From Gammaproteobacteria bacterium (GTDB lineage: Bacteria; Pseudomonadota; Gammaproteobacteria; Arenicellales; Poriferihabitantaceae), in assembly GCA_047639475.1 (NCBI GenBank), contig JBLIOD010000008.1, forward strand, positions 4,158 through 68,157: 64,000 bases of DNA, given 5' to 3'. Positions 52,544 through 62,466 of this stretch are shown piece by piece. Every line of letters starts with the position of its first letter. Positions within the stretch are counted from its first letter, which is position 1. Under the pieces are notes generated by a model. It ran no database searches. It worked only from the letters and a program-made list of their open reading frames with translations, and was not told the DNA's origin. Position numbers and translations under genes: made by a program.

Positions 52544-53368
52544 TTACTGCGCGTTTATGCCTTTGTCGTAGTCTAGAAAAGACAGTTTGTAATTTAATGG
52601 AATGGCCAGCGCTTCTGCACGGTATCGGTTGATATAGCTAATTAGTCGGCTGTGCTTGCTGCCCGAAGTATTACCTTGGGTCTTCTCATAAGCCAGGAAG
52701 TCGCTGTCATACCATTTTAGTATTTTGTTGGCATGGACAGTTTGCGCTTGGTTATCTAATTGAATATGTTGGTCGCTGCTTAAGAACTCCCGCATCACCG
52801 TTTCTAATTGGGTATTTAACTGTTCAGCCGTGTAGGGCTGTTGAATTAACCGCGGGCAACTCACCGACGCACAGTTGAGGGCGGCGTGAATTCGGGGATC
52901 CTGAAACTGGGCTCGTACGACTTTGTCTTCAAGCTTTTTTAGGTTGGTTTTTTTGCCGCCTAGCTTTATATCCATGCGTACAAAAAAGTTAAGGCCCGAA
53001 ACAAATCCCTTCCAAACGCTTTCTTTTTCGGGGCCGCGGTCAATGACGCCTTTGAATACCATCGCGTTGTAGGCGTTGATATAATAAGCCAATTGGTCGG
53101 CTTCAGTGGAAAAGAGTTCCGGGTGACTGGCTGGGCTAGTTGTCTGAAGTTGCTTAATGTATTGATCAAAACCCGTTCTATCGGCCAATAAGGCATCGTA
53201 ATTCACGAAACCTTTTTCATCTACGTGTTGTTTTAGCACTTGACCCCACAAGGCATCGTCGATGGCTTCTGCTGCCTTGATGGGCAAACTAAGGGTGGTT
53301 AACAATATTAGCAGATAGCAAACAAGTCTAACCAGTTGCTTCAGTGAGGTGAGGTTGCTTGTAGTCAT
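52544..53368 (-). CDS. DUF547-domain protein (secreted)
   Basis: 274 aa with a signal peptide. LAYYINAYNAMVF...HAALNCASVSCPRL matches the DUF547 signature. Confidence 0.75.
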   Translation of the reverse strand: MTTSNLTSLKQLVRLVCYLLILLTTLSLPIKAAEAIDDALWGQVLKQHVDEKGFVNYDALLADRTGFDQYIKQLQTTSPASHPELFSTEADQLAYYINAYNAMVFKGVIDRGPEKESVWKGFVSGLNFFVRMDIKLGGKKTNLKKLEDKVVRAQFQDPRIHAALNCASVSCPRLIQQPYTAEQLNTQLETVMREFLSSDQHIQLDNQAQTVHANKILKWYDSDFLAYEKTQGNTSGSKHSRLISYINRYRAEALAIPLNYKLSFLDYDKGINAQ

Positions 53369-53451
53369 GGACAGATCAGATTTATAAACTGCTACTTCAG
53401 ACGTTTAACGGGTGGATTAGTTCTACCGCTCCGAATATGAGTGCTTAGTGT

Positions 53452-54765
53452 TCAGCTTTGATCACGCTTATGAAGGCATTCACCCATTACGTGGGTAGCG
53501 TATATCGCGCGATCATCTCCCAGAATAATGAGCGCAAACAAGGTTTCATCTAAAGTGGTAGTGGTTTTTAATCTTCGCTCCATCAACTCCGTAGCGGCAA
53601 AGTCTATTACCGCAAAGTCTGCTTCTTTGCCCGTTTCGAAGTTGCCTATTTTGTCATCGAGATACAAGGCTTTGGCGTTGCCCAAAGTGGCGAGATACAT
53701 CGAGCGGCCGGGCGATAATTGCTTGCCGTTTAGTTGCTGCACTTTATACGCTTCGGCCAAGGTTTGAATAAGGCTAAAACTGGTGCCGCCGCCGACATCG
53801 GTGGCAATGCTGACGCGAATGCCATCGTCTAGTGCTTGCAAACAGTCGAATAAACCGCTGCCTAAAAAGGTGTTTGAGGTGGGGCAAAACGCGATGGAGG
53901 AGCCGGTGTTGCTCATACGCTGGCGATCTGTTTTATCAAGATAAATGCCGTGGGCATATACCGCTCGCTCTCGTAGCAAGCCATAATGATCGTACACATC
54001 CAAGTAACTGCGACTCCACGGGAACAGGTTTTTCACCCATTCGATTTCTTTCTTATTCTCAGCGACATGGCTGTGTAAATAGGCATCAGGATATTCCTGT
54101 GCGAGTTTGGCCACCATCTCAAATTGCGCCTCACTGGAAGTGGGCGCGAACCGTGGCGTAATGGCGTAATGCAGTCGATCGGTGTGGTGCCATTTCTCGA
54201 TGAGTGCTGCGCTGTCTTCGTAAGAAGAGGCAGGCGTGTCTAACAGGTAATCAGGTGCGTGACGGTCCATCATCACCTTGCCCGCTAACATTCGCATGTT
54301 GCGCTTTTTAGCAGCGTTAAAGATGGCATCAACTGATTGCGGATGAACCGTGGCCAGCACTAACGCGGTAGTCGTGCCGTTGCGAAGTAATTCAGCTAAG
54401 AAAAACTCAGCCACCTCACTAGCGTGTTCCTCATCACCAAACTGCCCTTCCGTCGGAAAAGTGTAGGTGTTTAACCAATGCAATAAATCTTCGCCATAAG
54501 AAGCAATGATGTCGGTTTGAGGGTAATGAACATGGGTATCGATCAAGCCAGGGATGATTAACTTGCCAGAGTAATCATCCAGCTGAATGCCAGGGGATAA
54601 GCCTGGGAGTAGTTCCTCTGCGCTGCCCAGTTTAGCCACCTTGCCGTTTTCAACCAGCATGATGCCATCGGCGAAATACTGCTGTGCACTGGCATCGTTA
54701 TTTTCGCCGGGGTCACGTAAGTAGTGCAGGATGGACGCACGATAAGCCTTCGTTGTGCTTGTCAT
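53452..54765 (-). CDS. guaD: guanine deaminase
   Basis: 437 aa amidohydrolase: PGLIDTHVHYPQTDIIASYGEDLLHWL...HVAENKKEI...LGSGLF. It is colinear with GuaD and sits in a purine catabolic operon. Confidence 0.85.
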   Translation of the reverse strand: MTSTTKAYRASILHYLRDPGENNDASAQQYFADGIMLVENGKVAKLGSAEELLPGLSPGIQLDDYSGKLIIPGLIDTHVHYPQTDIIASYGEDLLHWLNTYTFPTEGQFGDEEHASEVAEFFLAELLRNGTTTALVLATVHPQSVDAIFNAAKKRNMRMLAGKVMMDRHAPDYLLDTPASSYEDSAALIEKWHHTDRLHYAITPRFAPTSSEAQFEMVAKLAQEYPDAYLHSHVAENKKEIEWVKNLFPWSRSYLDVYDHYGLLRERAVYAHGIYLDKTDRQRMSNTGSSIAFCPTSNTFLGSGLFDCLQALDDGIRVSIATDVGGGTSFSLIQTLAEAYKVQQLNGKQLSPGRSMYLATLGNAKALYLDDKIGNFETGKEADFAVIDFAATELMERRLKTTTTLDETLFALIILGDDRAIYATHVMGECLHKRDQS

Positions 54766-54768
54766 GTT

Positions 54769-55341
54769 TTAAGGTTCGCCGCGTTTAAGGCTGTGAAATA
54801 GTCCGCTTTGCGCTTTGTCGGCCAGTGCTTCTAAACGAAAGTGTGCGATCTTATGAATTTCACTGATGGCTCGATCGAACTCAGTTTCATTATCATGTTC
54901 TAGGCGTTCTTCAAAGGCTGCCAAAATAAGGTGGCGGTTGCTGCCTTTAACTGCCATCACAAAGGGAAAACCATACTTTGTTTTGTAGGCATCGTTGTAG
55001 CTGACAAAGCGAGAAAATTGTTCAGCGTTGCACTGGCCTATGCCAGCACCCGCTTGCTCTGAGGTGGATTCTTCAGTCAAGCTGCCAGTTTGTGCCGCGC
55101 GCCCAGCCAAGTCGGGGTGGGCAATGATTAAATCGAGTCGAAGTTGCTTGCTGGCTTCGTTCACTTGCATGGCGAGCAGCTCAGCCATATCTTCAACGGT
55201 CTCTTGTCCAGAGATGTTGTCTGATCGCCACGCTGCTCTTGCAATCCAAGGGCTGTGTTCATAAATCCCACCAAACTGTTCGATAAAGGATTTTTCGTTG
55301 GTCGCAATACCGCTTTTAAAGCGAGGAGAAGGAGGGCTCAT
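54769..55341 (-). CDS. uraD: 2-oxo-4-hydroxy-4-carboxy-5-ureidoimidazoline (OHCU) decarboxylase
   Basis: 190 aa: FGGIYEHSPWIA...IIAHPDLAG...LTEESTSEQAGAGI...Y..KYGFPFVMAVKG. Confidence 0.85.
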   Translation of the reverse strand: MSPPSPRFKSGIATNEKSFIEQFGGIYEHSPWIARAAWRSDNISGQETVEDMAELLAMQVNEASKQLRLDLIIAHPDLAGRAAQTGSLTEESTSEQAGAGIGQCNAEQFSRFVSYNDAYKTKYGFPFVMAVKGSNRHLILAAFEERLEHDNETEFDRAISEIHKIAHFRLEALADKAQSGLFHSLKRGEP

Positions 55342-55343
55342 GA

Positions 55344-56549
55344 TTATTTGGGAAGGCTATTAAACCATTGGTCAACTAAGTTGCGCTCATCATCAGTCAT
55401 TTGCGTTAAGTTGCCAATCGGCATGGCTTTGCTCAACACAGTTTGGGTGTGAATGAGCGAGGCTTGGCTAGAAATTTGCTCGTCTGTTTCTAGTAACACC
55501 CCTTTGGGTGCAGCTGTAAAGCCAGCTTGTGTCGGCGCTGCAGCATGGCAAGTTGCGCAGCGCTGTACAATAACCGGCTTTACTTGCGTGAATAATTGCT
55601 GATGACTTAATGCCTCACCTTGTTGTGCGGTGCTTATCGTGGGCTTTGGCGCAGCCAGCGCAGCAATAGCGGCGAGTAGGATCGCGGCAATGACTAATGG
55701 CAACGGGGTTTGTTTGCCGAAATGGCGTTGCACGAAATAGATTCGAACAAGTCCGCCGACCATACATATTCCGATCAAGATGAGCCAATTCAAAGAATGT
55801 GCGTAAGTCATGGCGTAATGATTGCTGATCATCACGAACAACACCGGCAGGGTGAAAAAGGTGTTGTGAACTGAACGCTGCTTCGCGGTTAATCCGTGGA
55901 TGGGGTCTAGCTCGCCACCGGTTTCAGCGGCTTTTACCAAGGCCTTTTGGCCAGGGATAATAATGAAAAATACATTGGCCACCATGATGGTGCCAAGCAT
56001 TGCGCCGAAATGGATATAAGCAGCGCGACCGCTGAATACTTGGCATAACACATAGGCCATCACGCAAACAAAAATGGCAACGGCGAAGCCCAATGCCTTT
56101 TCATTTTGCCCCATTTTAGAGCGACATAAAAAATCATAAACTAACCAACCACCTATCAGTGTGGCCATGCCAATGACAATGGCATGGGGTTTGCTAAGCG
56201 CCATGACGCTGGCATCTATGGTGTAGATTTCTGCGCCGTACCAATACATCAAAGCCAATAAAAATACGCCTGATAACCAAGTGGTGTACGCCTCCCATTT
56301 AAACCAATGCAAGGTGGAGGGGATAGTTGGCGGGGCCAGCTTGTATTTCTGGGCATGATAAAAACCGCCGCCATGCACCGACCAAACTTCACCTGCCACG
56401 CCTTGAGCAGTGTCTTCTTCTTTCTTCGGTGGCAATAGGTGGTTATCCAACCACACAAAGTAAAACGAAGCCCCTATCCATGCCACGCCTGTGATCATGT
56501 GAAACCAACGGCCCAGTAAATTAAGCCATTCAATAAAGTAACTTTCCAT
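55344..56549 (-). CDS. puuD: membrane urate hydroxylase with C-terminal cytochrome c domain (PuuD type)
   Basis: Polytopic N-terminal part (ITGVAWIGASFYFVWLDN...) plus the haem c motif CATCHAA near the C-terminus. The ATG at 56549 shares one base with the xdhB stop. The ORF track starts at a TTG at 56591. Confidence 0.75.
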   Translation of the reverse strand: MESYFIEWLNLLGRWFHMITGVAWIGASFYFVWLDNHLLPPKKEEDTAQGVAGEVWSVHGGGFYHAQKYKLAPPTIPSTLHWFKWEAYTTWLSGVFLLALMYWYGAEIYTIDASVMALSKPHAIVIGMATLIGGWLVYDFLCRSKMGQNEKALGFAVAIFVCVMAYVLCQVFSGRAAYIHFGAMLGTIMVANVFFIIIPGQKALVKAAETGGELDPIHGLTAKQRSVHNTFFTLPVLFVMISNHYAMTYAHSLNWLILIGICMVGGLVRIYFVQRHFGKQTPLPLVIAAILLAAIAALAAPKPTISTAQQGEALSHQQLFTQVKPVIVQRCATCHAAAPTQAGFTAAPKGVLLETDEQISSQASLIHTQTVLSKAMPIGNLTQMTDDERNLVDQWFNSLPK

Positions 56550-58861
56550 CAGAATTTTAAACGGTTGACTGCGTTGAGAATGCGTTCGCAAGTGGCGGGG
56601 GCATCTAAAGCGGGGTTTATCTTGTAATCAGCCACGCTGGCGATAGCATCACGAATCGCGAAGAACACTGAGAATGCCAACAGTATGGGCGGTTCGCCCA
56701 CGGCTTTTGATCGCATAATGGTGTTTTCGTGATTAATGTTCTTGAATAAATGGGTTCTAAAATCTTGTGGACAATCGTTCACCGCAGGAATTTTATAAGT
56801 TGAGGGAGCGTGAGTAGTAAGTTTGCCTGCATCATTCCAACACAGCTCTTCGGTGGTTAACCAGCCCATGCCTTGAATGAATCCCCCTTCAACTTGTCCA
56901 ATGTCAATCGCGGGATTAATGGAGTTTCCAGCGTCGTGTAGTAAGTCACAGCGTAATAATTTCCACTCACCGGTCAAGGTGTCAATCAGCACCTCAGAAA
57001 CGGAGGCACCGTAGGCAAAGTAATAAAAGGGTCGGCCCTTCATTTTGTCTTTATCCCAATGCAAATCAGGCGTTTTATAAAAGCCATCTGACCACAACTG
57101 GACGCGATTTTCGTAGGCTTGAACCACCATTTCAGTAAAGCTAAAGCGTTGCCCTGCGGAGGTGACGTAATCGTTTTCGAACACTACTTCATCTTCAGCG
57201 CATTGATATTTTTCCGCGGCAAACTCCGTTATACGCTGCTTAATTTGTTGCGCCGCGTTTTGCGCAGCCTTGGCGTTTAAATCCGCACCGGTTGAGGCAG
57301 CGGTGGCCGACGTATTGGGTATCTTGTCTGTTTGCGTGGCCGTGGCTTTAACGTTTGATAAATCCACGCCCAGCTCGTTAGCAACCACTTGCGCAATCTT
57401 GGTATTGAGACCTTGGCCCATCTCAGTGCCGCCGTGGTTTACAAGAATAGAGCCATCTAGATAGATATGAACCAGGGCACCCGCCTGATTAAAGTGGACC
57501 ACATTAAATGAGATGCCAAATTTAACCGGTGTTAATGCCAAGCCTTTTTTAAGAATCGAACTGGTTTGGTTGAAGTTAGTGATAGCCTGTCGGCGTTGCG
57601 CATATTCGCTGGTGCTTTCAAGTTCAGCGACCAGTTCATGAATGACATTGTCTTTAACTTCTTGCTCGTATGGAGTGACATTGCGATCAGTGGTGCCATA
57701 AAAATTGAGCTTACGAATATCTAGAGGATCTTTGCCTAACTCGCGGGCAATGTTGTCGATTATCATCTCAATGGCCAACGCGCCTTGCGGGCCACCGAAG
57801 CCTCTAAAAGCGGTGTTTGATTGAGTGTTGGTTTTGCCACAAGCTGCCGTTATATGCACATCACTTAAGTAATAAGCGTTGTCAAAATGGCATACCGCTC
57901 GGGCAGCAACGGGCGGTGATAAATCGGTTGAGAACCCAGCGCGTAAAGTCATCTCAATGTCTGCGGCAATTATGCGGCCTTCATCGTCATAACCTAAGTC
58001 GTATTCATAGTAAACGCAATGGCGTTTACCCGTTACCATCATGTCGTCGTCACGATCCAGCCTTAGCTTAATAGGGCGATTGAGTTTTTTAGCACACACC
58101 GAAGCAATGCAAGCGAAAATAGCGGACTGCGATTCCTTGCCGCCAAAACCGCCGCCCATGCGGCGAATTTCAACGGTCACTTGGTTGTTTCGTATATCTA
58201 AGGCATGCGCCACTAAATGCTGCATCTCACTAGGGTGCTGAGTTGAGCAGTGTAAGTAAATACTGTTGTCTTCCCTCGGAATGGCGTAACTGATTTGGCC
58301 TTCTAGATAAAACTGTTCTTGCCCGCCGACATTGAACGAACCTTTCATTCGATGTGGTGATTGCGCTAATTTAACTTCTGGCTCTCCTTGCAAGCAGGCC
58401 ATAGGTTCAATCACATAAGCCTTCTGTGCTTTGGCTTCTTCGGGAGTGAATATCGCAGCTAAGTCGTCATAGGTGACTTTGCCCAATCTAGCGGCTTTAC
58501 GCGCGGTATCGTATGTTTTAGCCACCACAGCAAAAATGGGTTGGCCAATATACTGCACCAAGCCGTCTGCCAAAATGGGGTCGTCATGCAAAATGGGACC
58601 GCAGTCGTTAACGCCTTGAATGTCTTCAGCTTGTAATACTGCCACCACGTCAGGCAGGGCCAATACTGCGGTGAGATCAATGTGAGTGACCGTGGCGTGC
58701 GCTCGCTCGCTTAACCCCAGCGCGCAAAAAAGCGTGCCCGCAAGCTCTGGAATATCGTCTATATAGGTGGCTTCACCGCTAACGTGCAAATGCGCCGACT
58801 CATGTGGCGTTGAACGGCTTAATAAAGTGCTATCAACGTGGGTTGGAGTCGGCTTATTCAT
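56549..58861 (-). CDS. xdhB: xanthine dehydrogenase, molybdopterin-binding large subunit
   Basis: The ATG at 58861 (MNKPTPTHVDS...HESAHLHVSGEATYIDDIPE) gives about 770 aa. GGGFGGKE and the C-terminal Moco domains are present. The ORF-track start at 58987 would overlap xdhA. Confidence 0.9.
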   Translation of the reverse strand: MNKPTPTHVDSTLLSRSTPHESAHLHVSGEATYIDDIPELAGTLFCALGLSERAHATVTHIDLTAVLALPDVVAVLQAEDIQGVNDCGPILHDDPILADGLVQYIGQPIFAVVAKTYDTARKAARLGKVTYDDLAAIFTPEEAKAQKAYVIEPMACLQGEPEVKLAQSPHRMKGSFNVGGQEQFYLEGQISYAIPREDNSIYLHCSTQHPSEMQHLVAHALDIRNNQVTVEIRRMGGGFGGKESQSAIFACIASVCAKKLNRPIKLRLDRDDDMMVTGKRHCVYYEYDLGYDDEGRIIAADIEMTLRAGFSTDLSPPVAARAVCHFDNAYYLSDVHITAACGKTNTQSNTAFRGFGGPQGALAIEMIIDNIARELGKDPLDIRKLNFYGTTDRNVTPYEQEVKDNVIHELVAELESTSEYAQRRQAITNFNQTSSILKKGLALTPVKFGISFNVVHFNQAGALVHIYLDGSILVNHGGTEMGQGLNTKIAQVVANELGVDLSNVKATATQTDKIPNTSATAASTGADLNAKAAQNAAQQIKQRITEFAAEKYQCAEDEVVFENDYVTSAGQRFSFTEMVVQAYENRVQLWSDGFYKTPDLHWDKDKMKGRPFYYFAYGASVSEVLIDTLTGEWKLLRCDLLHDAGNSINPAIDIGQVEGGFIQGMGWLTTEELCWNDAGKLTTHAPSTYKIPAVNDCPQDFRTHLFKNINHENTIMRSKAVGEPPILLAFSVFFAIRDAIASVADYKINPALDAPATCERILNAVNRLKF

Positions 58862-58862
58862 A

Positions 58863-60347
58863 CTAGTGAGCGAAAACGCTGAGGTTTGTTTCGCTACCCT
58901 GATCACCTTGGTCGCCTTCGCAGGTCTCAAGGTAAAAACGATACAGCAAGTTGGCAGCGCTGGTGGAGCGGTTATCAGCCGATGCACGCATATCTGCTAG
59001 CGGTGTGTAATCTTCAGCCAGTTTAAGCATGGCCTGTTTGGCCGTTTGCTCATTCCAAGCTTGGCCAATCAAAGCGGCTTCAGTTTGTGCGGCACGTTTA
59101 GGTATGGCGGCCATGCCGCCAAAGGCGACACGTGCGTCAGTAATTAGACCTTCGCTCTGACGAATGACAAAGGCAGCGCAAACTGCGGATATATCCGAGT
59201 CGTAGCGCTTGGATAATTTATAAGTGCGAAACGTTAAATCGGCTGACGGCAGTGGGACGCTCACCGAGGCCACCACTTCGTCGTCATTCATGGACTGTTT
59301 CATGTAATCCACGTACAAATCTTCTAGCGGCATAGTGCGCTGACCAGCAGTGTTCGCTAGCGTTACCGTTGCGCCCAGCGTAATTAACCAAGGCATAGAG
59401 TCGCCGATGGGAGAGCCATTGGCGATATTGCCGCCCAAGGTGCCTGCGTTGCGAATGGGCACAGAAGCAAAGCGCTTCCACTGCTCGTCGGTTTGTGGAT
59501 AGTGTTTGGCAATGGCCGTAAAGGCATCGTTTAAAGAAACGCCCGCACCGATGGTGATGGCGGCTTTATCTTCAGTGAGTTGTTTAAGTTCAGTCACATC
59601 GCCAAGGTAAATAATATCGCCCAGCTCTCTAAACTGTTTGTTTACCCACAGGCCGACATCGGTGCAGCCAGCCAATAGGGTGGCTGTCGGTTTTAGTTTT
59701 CGCAGGGCAGTGAGTTCTGCAAGGTTGGTGGGCGCATCAAATGCGCCGTTGGGGTGCGTCATTGAAACGGCTTTGCTGCGCTTAAGCTGAGTAAGCTTGT
59801 CTGCCATTGCTTTGCGATCGAAGGTGGCCTCGTCAAGCTCAAACATCTTCGAACCGGCTTCAAGAATAGGCTTATAACCTGTGCAGCGGCATAAGTTGCC
59901 GGACAACGCCGTGCGCAGCTGTTGGTCGTTTGCGGTGGTGTTCGTTTGTTGGTGGTCTACATAGACGTTCCATAAAGACATCACAAAGCCAGGCGTGCAA
60001 AATCCGCACTGAGAGCCGTGGCAATCAACCATCGCCTGTTGAACAGGGTGTAGCTCACCGCTCTGCCCACGTAAATACTCAACCGTATATAGGGCCTTGC
60101 CATGCAGAGTAGGGACGAACTGTATACAGGCGTTAATCGAGCGTAGTTGCAATTGATCATCCACGGTTTCGGCAATTACCACGGTGCAAGCACCGCAATC
60201 GCCCTCTGCGCAGCCTTCTTTGCTGCCGGTTAGGCCTAGGTCATAGCGTAAATAACTTAAAACTGATTTCGTCGGGTCAATGCTGGTTATCGTGATCAGC
60301 TCATCATTCAAATAAAATGCAATCGATTGCGATGCAATATCAGACAT
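58863..60347 (-). CDS. xdhA: xanthine dehydrogenase, small subunit (2x[2Fe-2S] + FAD domain)
   Basis: 494 aa with CAEGDCGACTV, CHGSQCGFCTPG and CRCTGY, then an FAD-binding domain (GGNIANGSPIGD). Confidence 0.9.
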   Translation of the reverse strand: MSDIASQSIAFYLNDELITITSIDPTKSVLSYLRYDLGLTGSKEGCAEGDCGACTVVIAETVDDQLQLRSINACIQFVPTLHGKALYTVEYLRGQSGELHPVQQAMVDCHGSQCGFCTPGFVMSLWNVYVDHQQTNTTANDQQLRTALSGNLCRCTGYKPILEAGSKMFELDEATFDRKAMADKLTQLKRSKAVSMTHPNGAFDAPTNLAELTALRKLKPTATLLAGCTDVGLWVNKQFRELGDIIYLGDVTELKQLTEDKAAITIGAGVSLNDAFTAIAKHYPQTDEQWKRFASVPIRNAGTLGGNIANGSPIGDSMPWLITLGATVTLANTAGQRTMPLEDLYVDYMKQSMNDDEVVASVSVPLPSADLTFRTYKLSKRYDSDISAVCAAFVIRQSEGLITDARVAFGGMAAIPKRAAQTEAALIGQAWNEQTAKQAMLKLAEDYTPLADMRASADNRSTSAANLLYRFYLETCEGDQGDQGSETNLSVFAH

Positions 60348-60349
60348 AA

Positions 60350-60697
60350 CTAGCTACCTCGATAGGTGCTATAGCTCCAAGGAGACACCAACAATGGCAC
60401 GTGATAGTGGTCGTCATTGCTCATGCTAAAACGTAAGCTGATGTCGTCTAAAAAGGCTGGATCATCGGTGATTAGCGTGCTGTTCTCGAAGTAGTTTTTG
60501 ACTTCAAACACTAGCTCCCAAGTGCCAAGAGCAAACTCAGCTTCGGGCAGAATAGGCTCGTCTGTACGTCCATCTGAGTTAGTGATTAATCGACGAACTA
60601 AAAGCCTGTCGTTGCCCAATCGATACAAGCTAATAGGGATGCCCGCTGCGGGGATGCCTTGCGCTGTATCGAGTACGTGTGTTGTTAGAAAACCCAT
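60350..60697 (-). CDS. uraH: 5-hydroxyisourate hydrolase (transthyretin-like)
   Basis: The ATG at 60697 gives MGFLTTHVLDTAQGIPAAG...YHVPLLVSPWSYSTYRGS (115 aa), with canonical HIUase N- and C-termini. Confidence 0.9.
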   Translation of the reverse strand: MGFLTTHVLDTAQGIPAAGIPISLYRLGNDRLLVRRLITNSDGRTDEPILPEAEFALGTWELVFEVKNYFENSTLITDDPAFLDDISLRFSMSNDDHYHVPLLVSPWSYSTYRGS

Positions 60698-61024
60698 CAA
60701 GGAAATATACCACCGCAAGGAATGTGACGGTAGAGCCGTAAACTAGAACGCACCGTCGCAAAATAGCAACGGCCGCTTGTTAAAGTCAGGGGTGGAGTGA
60801 GCAATGACACCTAGTTATAATTTATAAGTGGGTCTTTATCTTCCTCCAAGCGTGAGCTTTGTTGGTGAATAGTAGCCGCCGATAAGCGGACCAGGTTAGC
60901 TCTTTTAATGCTCTACAACGCAATTCGATGCCTTGTAGCGTCGGGTCCCAGATATCTCTACCATCATCGTTCCAAAACCATTTCTAACAAGTATTAATTT
61001 AGGCTTTCCTGCCAACCTAATAAT

Positions 61025-62332
61025 CTAGGGCCAATAACTTAAGGCGTTGTTATAAATGTTCTCCATATCCACTATGTTAGTTTCTCTTGGTGCGTTAGCG
61101 ATGGCTCTGGCTTGACGTATAGAGGAGTCAGTTAACGCCCTAACATGTTCCGCGCCAAAACCCACGCCACTTAAGCCGTTGGGAATATGTGATTCTCGCA
61201 TCATTTCAATAATGCGCTTTGAGAGGATTTCTCCTGCATCATCAGGGCCGGCGCCTTTAGTGTCAGCGCCTAAGAAACTTGCGGCTTCAAGGTGTCGTTC
61301 AGGTGCCCCTTCCGCCAAGTATTTAAAAATGGCAGGCGCACTAACCGCGACACTGATGCCATGAGGAACAAATGGACTTGGAACAGAGTAACCTTCAGTA
61401 GTGATATTGTTCATTAAATGGGTAATGCCATAAGACATGGCATGCGGTAAATGCGTACCAGAATTACCAAAAGCCATGCCAGCTAAACTGGCGCCCCACA
61501 TTAGGTTGTCTCTTGCGTCAGCATCGCTGTTATCGTTGACGCCTCGGCCCAAATACTCTCCAGCAATTTCTAACGCGCGCTGCGCAGCCATATCGCTCCA
61601 CGGATTCGCGCCCTGTAATAACGGGCGTTTGTTTGGATCAGTAATGTGATCCCATTGTGTGTATGCACGAGCAGTGTAGCATTCGATAGCGTGGCACAAT
61701 AAATCAAACCCTGTGGAAGCAATTGAGTTGGCCGAGAGCGTATCGGTGCACTCTGGGTCTATAATGGCTTCAGTGGGCACTAAATGAGGAGAACCGATTA
61801 CAAACTTGGTGTTATGTTCGGTAAGCCTAATAACAGAAACAGACGTACATTCCGAACCGGTGCCTGAAGTGGTTGGGCAGGCAAAGTGAGGCATTAACGG
61901 TCCAGGTATGGGTTTTCCTGCACCCACTGGTGCACCAAAATAGTCGGTGAAGTCGCTCGGGAATAAGGCATAGAGCATAGCGGCTTTAGCGGTATCCATT
62001 GCCGAGCCACCGCCTACCGAAACAACGCAGTCAAAACTGCCTTGTTTCAGAAATGTCGCCCCGTTCATAATAGACACATCGTCGGGTTCAATCCTAATGT
62101 TTGAAAAAACCTCTACTCGAATACCTTGTGCTTCTAACGCTTTTTTTGCAGTGGCGACGTAAGGGCCGTCTTTTAAATAAGGATCGGTAAACAGCGCTAC
62201 ATTTTTATACCCATGAACAGCGACGCGCTCTCCCACTTCCTTCAGGCAGCCTCGTCCAAAGGTTAGCTTGGGCATCATGATGGTAAAACTCTGGGCTCCG
62301 TGCTCGCATGGAGCGAAATATTGACATGACAT
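61025..62332 (-). CDS. iron-containing (group III) alcohol dehydrogenase, hydroxyacid-oxoacid transhydrogenase-like
   Basis: 435 aa with GGGSAMDTAKA and His-rich metal site contexts (CHAIE, HLPHAMSYG). Confidence 0.8.
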   Translation of the reverse strand: MSCQYFAPCEHGAQSFTIMMPKLTFGRGCLKEVGERVAVHGYKNVALFTDPYLKDGPYVATAKKALEAQGIRVEVFSNIRIEPDDVSIMNGATFLKQGSFDCVVSVGGGSAMDTAKAAMLYALFPSDFTDYFGAPVGAGKPIPGPLMPHFACPTTSGTGSECTSVSVIRLTEHNTKFVIGSPHLVPTEAIIDPECTDTLSANSIASTGFDLLCHAIECYTARAYTQWDHITDPNKRPLLQGANPWSDMAAQRALEIAGEYLGRGVNDNSDADARDNLMWGASLAGMAFGNSGTHLPHAMSYGITHLMNNITTEGYSVPSPFVPHGISVAVSAPAIFKYLAEGAPERHLEAASFLGADTKGAGPDDAGEILSKRIIEMMRESHIPNGLSGVGFGAEHVRALTDSSIRQARAIANAPRETNIVDMENIYNNALSYWP

Positions 62333-62466
62333 GATTAAGGCCCGTTTATAGGTTTGGGTTAAAGGCTTTTTCAGGGTTTAGCCTAATCAGCCTGCAATCT
62401 ACCTCGTGGTGACACCAAGGGGTAAAATGAGGTTCTAACTCGTGGAAGTTTCTCAAACAGCGCATT

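Noticed and set aside
52124-52576. A 150-aa plus-strand ORF overlapping both the 110-aa membrane-protein ORF and the DUF547 gene end.
   Set aside because: It is in a different frame from the hydrophobic 52194-52526 ORF, which has a good Shine-Dalgarno sequence. It is Cys/Arg/Gly-rich and overlaps the convergent DUF547 gene.
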